Shown here one piece after another: positions 37,872 to 48,505 of a stretch of 64,000 bases of DNA. The notes under the pieces were generated by a model. That model was not told the origin of the DNA. It was given only the letters and a program-made list of their open reading frames with translations, and did not search any database. Each line of letters opens with the position of its first letter. Position 1 is the stretch's first letter. Position numbers and translations under genes: made by a program. The stretch is taken from contig CATNEN010000033.1 in assembly GCA_950097015.1 (NCBI GenBank), positions 2,604,001 to 2,668,000 on the forward strand, in the 5' to 3' direction. Source of the DNA: Macrostomum hystrix (Eukaryota; Animalia; Platyhelminthes).

Positions 37872-39524
37872 TACTTAAATACTAGGCCAATTGGAGCTAA
37901 ATATGTTAATTAAAGAAGGCTATATTGCTATGTTTCACCTAAGGTGGAAGGTATGCATTGGGCAACAACAAAAATGGATTTGGACATTAACACTAACATT
38001 ATTACAAATTCCTGGCTATCTACTAAATACTAGCACATTTTCTGGTATTCAGGATAAGGATGATACATAGTAAACTGGACATTTTAAAGGCAAAAAAGTT
38101 TAATGAAAAATTAGGTTCTTTTCAAATGCCAAAAACATTCCAATTCATTGGCCTCCAGGCAGGCTTTTTTCTCTAGGGAAGAAGCTAAACTGACTGCTAG
38201 ACAAGAAGACAGATGGGAATAGCAAATAAAAAGAAGCAATATTGAATTCACATATCTTGGCCCAACAAGTTGCAAATCTAATCCATGAATTTCATTTAAT
38301 GGACTAGGCTTTTTATACTGGGTTTAACTTTGGGAACACTTAAGTCACAGGGAGCCAAGCCTAGACTCTAAGGTGGGTGGCAAACTGTTTTGATGCAGTT
38401 TTCTACCATGAAGCTGGTCATCACTGTTGCCATATGGCTGAACACATTTTCATGGTGCAGCAGAATCCTTCTAGAGCAGCAGCAGCCATGAGGCCTAAGT
38501 TTCTTTAAGTGATCACAGCTGTGTGAAAGCTTGAGTTAAACATTTTGTCTATTGGGTATCATAACAATGGCCACCTAGTGGTAGGCCACACATACTGACA
38601 AAGATAAAGAAAATCACTTTTTTGTGATAGGAATACCAATTGCAGGACAGTTGGTCACAAGTCTCAAGAGCCCAGTCAGGCTTTGTGGAACTTAAGAATA
38701 GAATCACCACTTTTTGTCACCAATGACAATGTCCAAAAGCCTTTGGCTACTACCTAGACCAAAGCTGCACAATAATTCCTAGTGGTAGCAAACTCTCTCC
38801 TTATTCTGCTCCTTTATCAGCAGGTGGGATACCTAGTAGGCCACTACCTAGTAGTGACCTAGCAGAGACCAAGGTGGTTTATACTGGATAGTATGCAGGC
38901 AACTATCAGAAATCCTGATCCTGAATCCTTGCTAATCATTGCCATTATGATGTTTAGATCTTTATCTACAAGAGCCAGGACAGCTGTGGCTCTGGTCACA
39001 GTAGTGCTAGGTCATTTAGGTTGAGGGGGTCACTATTCTAGGTCTACCCAATGTTGAGCTACTTGATCCAAATAGTGATAATATGATAGGAAAGGGCTTG
39101 GTCCCTAGTTTTATGAATGAAGTCTGCATGGATTTTGTCTATGCTTTCTCTCAGTTGTGAACTCATGAAAAGTAACTAAAAATCAACAGAGCTCTTAAAA
39201 GCTGATTATAAAATGAAAAATAACAAAAAAATGATTTGGTACTATTAAAGTAGTCCCTTGTGATCCATTTTAGTTCTGTTGTGGTCTGGTCTGTTTCAGT
39301 GGTTACACAAATTACAAGGACCCTTTGGCTTTGACTGCACTTATGTATAAACTACTTGAAATAATTTGTGTTCTATGGAAAAAAAACTGTTTTTAAACTT
39401 GAACAACAATGGAAGTTAGGACTGTGCACAGGCCTATTAGCCTATGCACTTTGAGAATTATAAGGTTGCTTGCTAATAATATTTTAAGCCCATTGTAGTT
39501 CAAATGATAGATAAATCTCATAGC

Positions 39525-39999
39525 GGCAAAGTTCTACTTCCGTTTGTTATATTATTTTTTCGTTTGAATTTGTGCCACACGTGCATTCTGAGTTTGAAAA
39601 AGTTGTGCTGACGTGGCTTTGCCGTGACTTGACACTTGGATCTATGTCTATGGCAAAATCTGGCAAATATGGGGGAACAGGAAGCTTAGGCACAGAAATT
39701 CTGTAGCTGAAGATTTCGCGAAGGCCAAGCTGTGTCAAATGCATGGCATGAGTGCTGCTCTATTCAAAAGCCACCTCGAAGAATTCTTATGGCACCGTCT
39801 ATACCACAAGAATAGCTTTGGTGCCCTCCTCTACTGGATTAGGCACTTACCCGGGTTGAAAGAAGAAAGACTGACCAAGACTTTTCAGAACTGTCTGACC
39901 AAACTACTGACTTTTTGTTACCGTTAAACTTGTTTTTTTGTCGTTATCTGTCGTTTGCAAACAAAAAAATAATATAACGAACGGAAGTAGAACATTGCC
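39525..39999 (+). mobile_element. Internally deleted Merlin element (non-autonomous)
   Basis: TIR GGCAAWGTTCTACTTCCGTTYGTTATATTATTTTTT at both ends; TSD CTCATAGC (39517-39524; right copy split by MITE B); transposase C-terminal remnant MHGMSAALFKSHLEEFLWHRL at 39739. Confidence 0.85.
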
Positions 40000-40005
40000 C
40001 TCATA

Positions 40006-40286
40006 CATACATGCGCAACACCCTGCCGACCCGGCCGAACCGGCCGGGTGAAACGAGGGCCAAGCAAGGTAAGTCGCAAAAACCAATCGACCAAGCGCCA
40101 AAAAATCAAAGGGGGGACCAAGGGACAAAAAAGGAAGGCGTGAAGAAAAGGAAAAAGGGGAGAGAAAAAGAGAGCAAATGAGAGCAAACTAAGTTGTAAA
40201 TAGAGCAATGAAACGAACTAAGTCGCAAATGAGAGCAAAAACTAAGTCACAAGGCCGGCTAAGATTTGGGAGGTTGCGCATGTATG
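40006..40286. mobile_element. MITE copy B
   Basis: Same TIR and body as copy A; TSD CCCTCATA at 39998-40005 and 40287-40294. Confidence 0.9.
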
Positions 40287-40920
40287 CCCTCATAGCTTAT
40301 GATTTTGGTAATTTTGCAATTTTAAACTGAAAAATTAATCATGTCAAACTTAAAACTGCAAGACTACCAAATGAACTACTAAAACAAAAGTATACATTTT
40401 TCTAGCACAAAGAATATGTTAAGGGTTTAAAATCTATAGCCATAGGTTCTAGCCCATTTAGTATATTTTATACAAAAATATTTTTTTAAAGGCAGAGCTT
40501 ATTCCCATGGTCCCGTGCCAATAACTTTCAATTTTATCCACATGGATCCGTGCCGATAATTTTCTGCTTATCCACACGGCAGCTTGTATGAATAGGTCTA
40601 CAACTCTTTATATAAATATGACGTGCCGCTAATTTCTGAAATTTTATCCTAACGGTTCTGTTCTTTGAAACAAGGCCTTTTCGGGTTTGAACGTTTTGTT
40701 GAACCATCGAGCCAATAGATCGACAAAGTTGACAATGTGTTATGACAGTGTTCTACATTTCAACCTACACATTCATTAACCGACATTAATGTCATCCTTT
40801 TTAATTATTGTAATAACAAATTATTAAATTTTGTAATTGTTACATGTTTTCATTCATCATTTTCACATTTTCACATTTTTCACATTTTCATTCGAATTGT
40901 ATTGACTTAAAAAAAGTAAG

Positions 40921-42456
40921 GGCGATTTTCCTCTTTCGTTCGTTAAATTATTTTTTCGATTTGAATCGGTGCGTAGATGCGAAAAAGTGACGTGGCAGCA
41001 TTTGAAATTGTGCCTATTAAAAAAATGATGTGGCAGTAGTGGAAAGGACATGGGGTTGCTGCTGACACATGTCTATGGCACTACTCACCTACTCGGTTCG
41101 TGGCAGAGTATAGGCAACAGCTTGCACTCGCTCCTTGCTCCCCTTCCCACTCTCGCATGAGCTTTGACTTATCGCATTGAGTCTTCACTTGTTAAATTTT
41201 ATTAAATTTTACTCGAACTGCAACATGGCTGGGCGCCCAGCGGCACCTACATTCATCGTCCCTCCTGGACAACTGCGTCCCTCGCTGGAGCTGTGTGACA
41301 TAAACTTTACGATGCGCGAGCTGGCCAACATCACCCAGACGCCTAGAGACTGCATCAACTGGATGGCAACCTTCCATCTTCTGGCCAACCAACAGACATG
41401 CTCAACATGCCCCGGAGCCCCGGCAATGCGTCTGCAGCAGCGCACGGGCGATCGCTTTGTGGACGGGCTTGCTTGGGCATGCACCGGCTGCCATGGCCAG
41501 GTCTCCATAAGAAAGGGCTCTTTCTTCGAAGGTAGCCACATCACGCTGCGACAACTGCTGGACGTCATCTGGTGGTGGGCCAAGGAGGCAAAGCAGGGCG
41601 AGTGCCAGACCTAGTGCAACATCGGCCACAATGCCATTGTCGACTGGCAGAATTTCATCAGAGACGTCTGCGCCCAGTACCTCATTGACCATCCCGTCGA
41701 ACTTGGTGGTCCTGGCAGAGAAGTAGAGATTGACAAATCCTACTTCTTTCACCGAAAGTACCATCAAGGTGCGCACCGGCCTGGTCAATGGGTACTGGGC
41801 ATGGCTGAGCGTGGCGCCAGGAAGTGTGTCATGATCCCGGTTGAGAACCGCACTGCTGCAACGCTGCTGCCACTGATTCAACGGCATGTTCTTCCCGGCA
41901 CGCATGTCATTACTGATGGGTGGCTAGCATACGCGCAGCTGCAGAATCATGTGGTCATCAACCACCGGCTTGCCTTCGTCAATCCGCAGGATCCCACTGT
42001 GCATACGAACCTGATTGAAGGCACGTGGGGCAACTGCAAAGCGAAGTTCCGCGCCATGCACGGAACAAGCAAGGCGCTATTCGAGTCACATCTGGAGGAA
42101 TTTATATGGCGTAAGATGCACCCACAGAACGTGTTCGGAAACATTCTCTTTTGGATTGCGCACTATTACCCCCTGTGAACTGTGAACTGCTGGGGCTCCA
42201 GTTGAACCATATTGGACTTTGTGAGACTCTCTGTATGCCAGAGCAAGCTACGGGACGCAGTGCCCTATTTTTGTCGTTTACTGTTGTTACATGTCGTTTA
42301 CCATTACCGTTTGTCTTTAGTTAAACAACTCCATCCAACTTTCCGAGAAAAATTTAAGTCCTAGCATCCCATTACTGTCGTTTTCTGACATTACTCAGTA
42401 GTCACAACTTGTTTCTGTCGAAAACATAATTTAACAAACGAAAGGGGAAAATCGCC
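40921..42456 (+). mobile_element. Merlin (IS1595/IS1016-like) DNA transposon 1
   Basis: ~38-bp TIR GGCGATTTTCCYCTTTCGTTYGTTAAATTAT; 8-bp TSD AAAGTAAG at 40913-40920 and 42457-42464. Confidence 0.92.
41225..42178 (+). pseudogene. Merlin/ISXO2-like DDE transposase with one in-frame stop
   Basis: ATG at 41225; Zn-ribbon CxxC...CxxC, SIRKGSFF; TAG at 41612-41614; EIDKS (EIDES in copy 2), TDGW, HTNLIEGTWG. Confidence 0.9.
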
Positions 42457-44567
42457 AAAGTAAGAAGTCTATCAAAGAAAATCATACGAGTCAACCAGCA
42501 GAATTCTAGTCAGCACCAAACTCGTCACACATATTATACATCATTGTTATTCTTTTACACTATGCATTGATAGTGTACACTATACACTATACTCTGAAGC
42601 AAAAGCCTTGTGCTCAGAGAAGATTAGGAAGGGACTTGAAAGTAGACCTATTCATATAAGCTGCCGTGTGGATAAGCAGAAAATTATCGGCACGGATCCA
42701 TGTGGATAAAATTGAAATTATCGGCACGGGACCATGGGAATAAGCACTTTTATTTTTAATTGCTAATATATGCATACCAGCACAGCTAGCTAAACACTAT
42801 ATATGTTCTAAATAAAAGTTTTACTATCACAGTCACAGATTCATAGAAAACTTTATAGTACATAGCTAAGAAGCTTAGGAATGAATATATCTAGAATTCA
42901 ACACAATAATAAAAAGAATAACAAAAATGCAAAAGACTAAAGTTAAGAGTCTAGTAGGCCTAGGCCATACCTGAACCTACAGTCTACAGAGCCTAACACT
43001 TTAAGCTAAATGTGTACTTAAAAATAAAAAGTAACAAAATGATCTAGAAAGGAAAAAAATCGAAGTAACCAAAAAGTTAGAGTTTGAGCTTTAATTGTTC
43101 AACGAGAAAAAGTGATTGCAATCTATTAACTAATTAACGACGACGCTCATGAGACTGCGACTGCACGTCGGTTTGTGTTAAGTGTTCCATATTTTTTAAT
43201 AGGCCTAACGTTCGTGTTAGCCTGTTAGGCAACTGGCGGATTAAAAATGTTTTTTTAGTTGTAATACTTCTAGCTTCTATTTAAATTTAAAATCTTTCGT
43301 CTAATGATTAGTGAACTAAAGCAACTTCTTTTACTTAAAAACTAGTTAATCTGACACTCTATTTGTTTAAACATCTGACGATTACTGTAAATTGTCGGAT
43401 TTGGATTTATAGACGTCCAGTGTATTACTTTATTTTTATAACGCCACTCAGGATTGAATGTTTTCTAACGCAAATATTAAAGTGCGCGTAAAGTCTAAAG
43501 TACAAAGTTCTCTGTGCTTGTATTTTTACCAAATTTTCAGGCGAATCGTGGCTGCACATATTGCAAGCCTACGTTCTTCAGACTTCACAAAAGTTGTGTG
43601 TCAATCATCTTTGTGCTGATAGGAAGCTCAAGAAAGTCACAATGCTGTGCCATTTTTGAGGTCGGTCTGTGCTATTTTATATTTCGATTAGCAAACAATT
43701 TTTGTATGTGGGTTTCGTATTAGAACAATGAAGTTTTTATTCTTTTATAAAAGACTATTATAACTGATATTTTTTAAGAAATCTAAAAATAAAAACTATT
43801 TTTACTTTATTATTCAATTATACTTAATTATTTCATTATAATTTATGCTACAATGTTTAATAAAATATGTCTGACTGCCTAGCTTTTTGTAGCAATGTCT
43901 ATGAGTACTTTTTGTGAAGGTTAGTGACTTGTTTGTTTATTTAAATTTTGAATTAAAATTAGCTGTGTGAGCTAAAACTGTCTTACTATACAAATATTGT
44001 GTTTGATGGTTAAAAGGACATGATGTTTAATATCTTTCTAGCTTAGCAATAACCAACTATCTAAACACCTGTTCATCATCTTCTGTCTTGACTTTGTTGA
44101 CTCAAATGACACTGCATACCAATATTTTGATGTGCTCATTATGTGGGATTTGGGAACAAGCTATAGGCCCTATACTTTCTTATTCGTTATTCTTTATATT
44201 TCTTTGGTCACTTAGACAAAAATATTAGAAATATTGAAGAATTTAGCAATAGTGCACTTTTGTTCGCAAAAGTATTTTTCAGTTTAAAATGGAAAGTTCG
44301 AAACCAGAATATATGCTTAAAATTATACGAATAAACAGAATATATGCTAATATACACTTTTGTCTTAGTCTATGGTCGAAATCCTTAAGCGTGCATGTGG
44401 GATGCTCTATTATTATTTTTTCATTAAATCTGTGCCATGCCTTTTTTGTGCCACGCTTGAATGCTACTTGAAATGCAAGTTGTCTGTGGAAAAAATAGTT
44501 TAAAAATCGAAAAGGGGCTCTAGTGGGGGGCTTATACTGTATCCCTTTAGCTGAGAAGCTGCTAATA

Positions 44568-44806
44568 CATACATGTGCAACCTCCCAAATCTTAGCTGGC
44601 CATGCAACTTAGTTTTTGCTCTATTCACGACTTAGTTTGCTCTCATTTGCTCTCTTTTTCTCTCCCCTTTTTCCTTTTCTTCACGCCTTCCTTTTTTGTC
44701 CCTTGGTCCCCCTTGATTTTTCGCGCTTGGTCATTTGGTTTTTGCGACTTACCTTGCTTGGCCCTCATTTCACCCAGCTGGGTTGGCTGGGTGTTGCGCA
44801 TGTATG
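44568..44806. mobile_element. MITE copy C (opposite orientation) inside the Merlin-2 5' region
   Basis: TIR CATACATGTGCAAC...GTTGCGCATGTATG; TSD TGCTAATA at 44560-44567 and 44807-44814. Confidence 0.9.
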
Positions 44807-44846
44807 TGCTAATATCAGCTTTTTCTTTTGGACAACATATTGTATC

Positions 44847-45824
44847 ATGGCTGGATGACCACCAAGACCCTCGTGGATAATTCCGCCGAATGAAGTGCTG
44901 CCAGCGAATGCTCTACTGCAACTAGAGCTGAATGCGCGCGACCTGATGGCTGCCACGGCAACACCAGAGGATACAATGCGCTGGATGGCCAAGGTTGGGC
45001 TTATTGGCAACCAACATACATGCTCCTGTCCAGCCCAGACCCCTATGAACCTGCAGCGTCGAGCTGGTGATCACTTCGTAGATGGCTGGGCCTGGGACTG
45101 CAAGACTTGCCGCAGTCAGCAAAGCATCAGGAAGGACTCCTTCTTCGAGCGTAGTCACCTGACACTGCAGCAGCTTGTCACCTTGCTGTACTGCTGTGCC
45201 AAGAATGAGACCAAGATGGCTGCGATGCACGAATGTCGCATTAGCGATCATATGGCTGTGGACTGGCTCAACTTTGTCAGGGACATTTGCTGCCAGTACT
45301 TCATTGACCACCCGATGCAACTTGGTGGACCTGGCACTACTGTTGAAATTGATGAAAGCAAATATTTTCATCGCAAATACCAACAGGGTGCATACCGTGA
45401 GGGTCATTGGGTCCTTGGCATGGTAGAAAGGGGTAGCCCCAAGTGCGTGATGGTTGTTGTGCCTGACAGGTCTGCTCAGACACTGCTTCCAATAATCCAG
45501 CGGTTTGTCCTGCCCGGCACACGGATCCTGACTGACGGTTGGCAAGCCTACAACCAAGTGGCGAATGTAGTTGGTGGCCACGGAGACCACGGTGTCGTGA
45601 ACCATCGACTCCATTTTGTGGACCCAAATGACGCGACTCTCCACACCAACACGATTGAGGGAACGTGGGCGCATTGCAAGGCCAAATTCAGGGCCATGCA
45701 TGGAACAAGTGATGCCCTCTTCGAGAGCCACATCCAGGAGTTGATGTGGCGCCGACTGTTCGGAGCAAACAGGGCTTTCGGAAACATGCTTTTCTGGATT
45801 CGCCACTACTACAATGGCCAGTGA
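44847..45824 (+). pseudogene. Merlin DDE transposase, nonsense codon at position 4, otherwise intact
   Basis: ATG GCT GGA TGA CCA aligns with MAGRP of Merlin-1; downstream frame open to 45824 with EIDES, TDGW and NTIEGTW catalytic motifs. Confidence 0.85.
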
Positions 45825-46361
45825 CAAGCTCTGTTTCCGCCACTAGAACACTGACGAGTTGGCAAGTTCGGCAACCAAAGAGCTAAAAAGAGACACTGTG
45901 CTCTGGCACAATCGTTAGAATTGTTCAAAGCATCAATTTTTGTCGTTGTTATTGTTTTCTGGTTTCAAAGTTTTAAATTTAAACGAAAAATAATTTCGCT
46001 AACGAAAGTGCACTATTGCCAAGAATTTTTGTAGCCAGCAATTGTTAAGTTGTCAATAGAAGCTTGTTGAAAAATAGAGGCAAAAACTAGGCAGATGAAA
46101 GCCTGGGTTTTGCTATTTGAGAATTTTTGAAAATACAAAATCGCTTTGAAGATATCTCACTGCTATGAATATTATGTCATTAGTTGTGATAGTGTGGTGC
46201 TAACTTTTGTACTGTGGTTTAGTTCAACAGAATTATATAACTACACTTTAATTTTGTATAATTCATAATACAAACTTCTAGTATTTAATCCAAAGTTATT
46301 TAGGTAATCACAAAACTCGCAACCTTAGGCTTCAACATCGAAAGCAAGTGGCAGGCAGCCA

Positions 46362-48505
46362 ATGTCCATGCTACCAATGGCGCCTCCTCATCGCCAGCCA
46401 CTGTCCATGCTGGCCTGCTTTCTAATTGGCAGTTTCGCTCTGGGATCCTGGATTGACATCAATGGCGTCTTCAATGAGCTGCCGTTGATGGTGAAGACTC
46501 TTCCAGAGGGCTGGTCGCTGCCATCCTACCTGGCTGTGATTGTTCAGCTGGGCAACATTGGACCAGCCGCTTTCCTGCTCGCCAGTCGCCTAAGCCGCGG
46601 CCGATTCACCGATCGCGCTGGAGTCTTCCTCATCAATGCCACTGGCGCCGTGGCGCTGCTGGTGCTGACATTCGTCTGGCCAATCACCGTTGACAATCGC
46701 AGCCTGCCCCTGATGCTGGTGGTGCTGGCGCTGTCATTGGTTGATTGCTCCTCCTCTGTGGTCTATCTCAGCTACATGTCAGCTTATCCGACTGTCTACC
46801 TGAGCGCACTGTACGTTGGCGAGGGCGTTGGAGGCCTACTGCCTGGATTGCTGGCCCTGGCTCAAGTGAGAATAGTTTCGACTAATCTGCGCGAGTATAT
46901 AAAATCTATGCTAACACATGTACCTCTAAAATTTTAAATGCCTCTAGACTTCTCTTTTATCTAAACTTGTTTTCTTTCTTTACGGCTCTACTGTTTCCCT
47001 GCCTACCGCTCTACACACGCTCATTTCTTCCTTCCCTTCCTCCTGTCTCTCCATTCCCTCTCTTCCCGCCCCCTCTTTCCCACCCCTCTCTTTACTATCC
47101 CTCTCTTTCCCACCCCTCTCTTTCTCACCCCTCTCTTTCCCACCCCTCTCTTTACTATCCCTCTCTTTCCCATCCCTCTCTTTCCCACCCCTCTCTTTCC
47201 CACCACTCTCTTTCCCATCCCTCTCTTTCCATCCCTCTCTTTCCCACCCCTCTCTTTCCCACCCCTCTTTTTCCCACCCCTCTCTTTCCCACCCCTCTCT
47301 TTCCCACCACTCTTTTTCCCATCCCTCTCTTTCCATCCCTCTCTTTCCCACCCCTCTCTTTCCCACCCCTCTCTTTCCCACCCCTCTCTTTCCTATCCCT
47401 CTCTTTCCCACCCCTCTCTTTCCCACCATCTCTTCACCGCCCCCTCTCTCCCCCAATCCCCAGTCCATCTCTCCTCCGCTCTCCCTGACTTACCTACCTC
47501 TTCTTCGCTTCGCTTCTACCATCTATCTTTTCTCTCTCCTCATGCAGCTCTCCCTCTCTCATTCGTGTTATTTCGAGTACTTAGATATGTGAAATGGTGG
47601 AGCCAACTTGTATTCAGGGCTCCGGCGGCGCCCCGGTCTGCATCAATGGCACCCATCCGGTGTACGCGCCGCCACGCTTCTCAGTTAGCGTATTCTACGG
47701 CCTGCTGTGCGGCATGCTCTGCTACAGCCTCCTGGCCTTCTGGTTGCTCACCGTCTGGCCGTTTCGCGGAGTCGCCCGGCCAGCCGTGAAAGATCATGGC
47801 GCGACTGTTCAGGTGAGACTGCAGGCTGCGAAGATTCACTTGGACTGTCACTCCCGGGTTTTAAGTATTTTTTGTTCTAAACTGTCATATCCCGCTTGTC
47901 CACAGATTTCACCGGTGCCTGTCGAACAACCCGCGCCACCGCCGGACGAGAACACTAGCCTGCGGCAGCCGGGTCGTAGCTCTACCTCGGCTCCGAATCG
48001 GCCCATGCTGCTAGCATTAGTAGTACTGCTGAACGCATGGGGCACCGGCCTGTTGCCATCACTGCAGTCTTACTCGGCCCTACCCTACGGCTACAGCGCC
48101 TACCACCTGGCCGTGACTCTTTCAAACTTAGCCAATCCTCTGGCCTGCTTCTTAACATTCATTTGGCGTGCTCGGTCTGTCACCGTCCTGCTGGTCCTGG
48201 TTACCACCGGCTGCTGCGCCTGCGCCTACGTTACAGTCCTGGCCGCGATGTCGCCGGAGCCACCCCTAGTCGGCAACAATCTTGGCGCCGGCTTGATGAT
48301 TTCGGCCTGGACTGCCGCCTCCGGCCTATTCAGCTATGCAAAAGCGTCTATTGCGGCTACACTCAGCGAGGATGCGGCAGGAGACGGACGCCGCTGGCTG
48401 CGCCTTACCGGAGTCGCCACCCAGGCCGGTGCCGCGGTCGGCGCCGTCATAGGTTTTCTACTCAGTGTGGTCTTCGCTGTGCTGCGCGACTCACCACCGT
48501 GCTAA
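46362..48505 (+). CDS. SLC52A: SLC52 family riboflavin transporter
   Basis: Exons 46362-46865, 47618-47812, 47906-48505 (all phase 0, GT-AG); motifs GSWIDINGVFNELP, LPEGWSLPSYL, VDCSSSVVYL, LLPSLQSYSALPYG, GVATQAGAAVGA. Confidence 0.88.
47070..47450. repeat. 15-bp pyrimidine-rich minisatellite (CCCCTCTCTTTCCCA)n in SLC52 intron 1
   Basis: Direct inspection. Confidence 0.95.

Larger units (their letters stand above)
40497..42745. mobile_element. Long-TIR MITE (~700 bp when empty) hosting a Merlin insertion
   Basis: ~105-bp inverted repeats 40497-40601 (GCTTATTCCCATGGTCCCGTGCC...) and 42642-42745; TSD not resolved. Confidence 0.75.
44245..46020 (+). mobile_element. Merlin DNA transposon 2
   Basis: TIR (G/A)GCAATAGTGCACTTTYGTTMGCRAAAKTATTTTTC; 8-bp TSD AAGAATTT at 44237-44244 and 46021-46028. 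Confidence 0.9.

Noticed and set aside
44922-45827. 301-aa minus ORF
   Set aside because: Antisense shadow of the Merlin-2 transposase
46967-47488. Low-complexity ORFs on both strands
   Set aside because: 15-bp repeat in SLC52 intron 1
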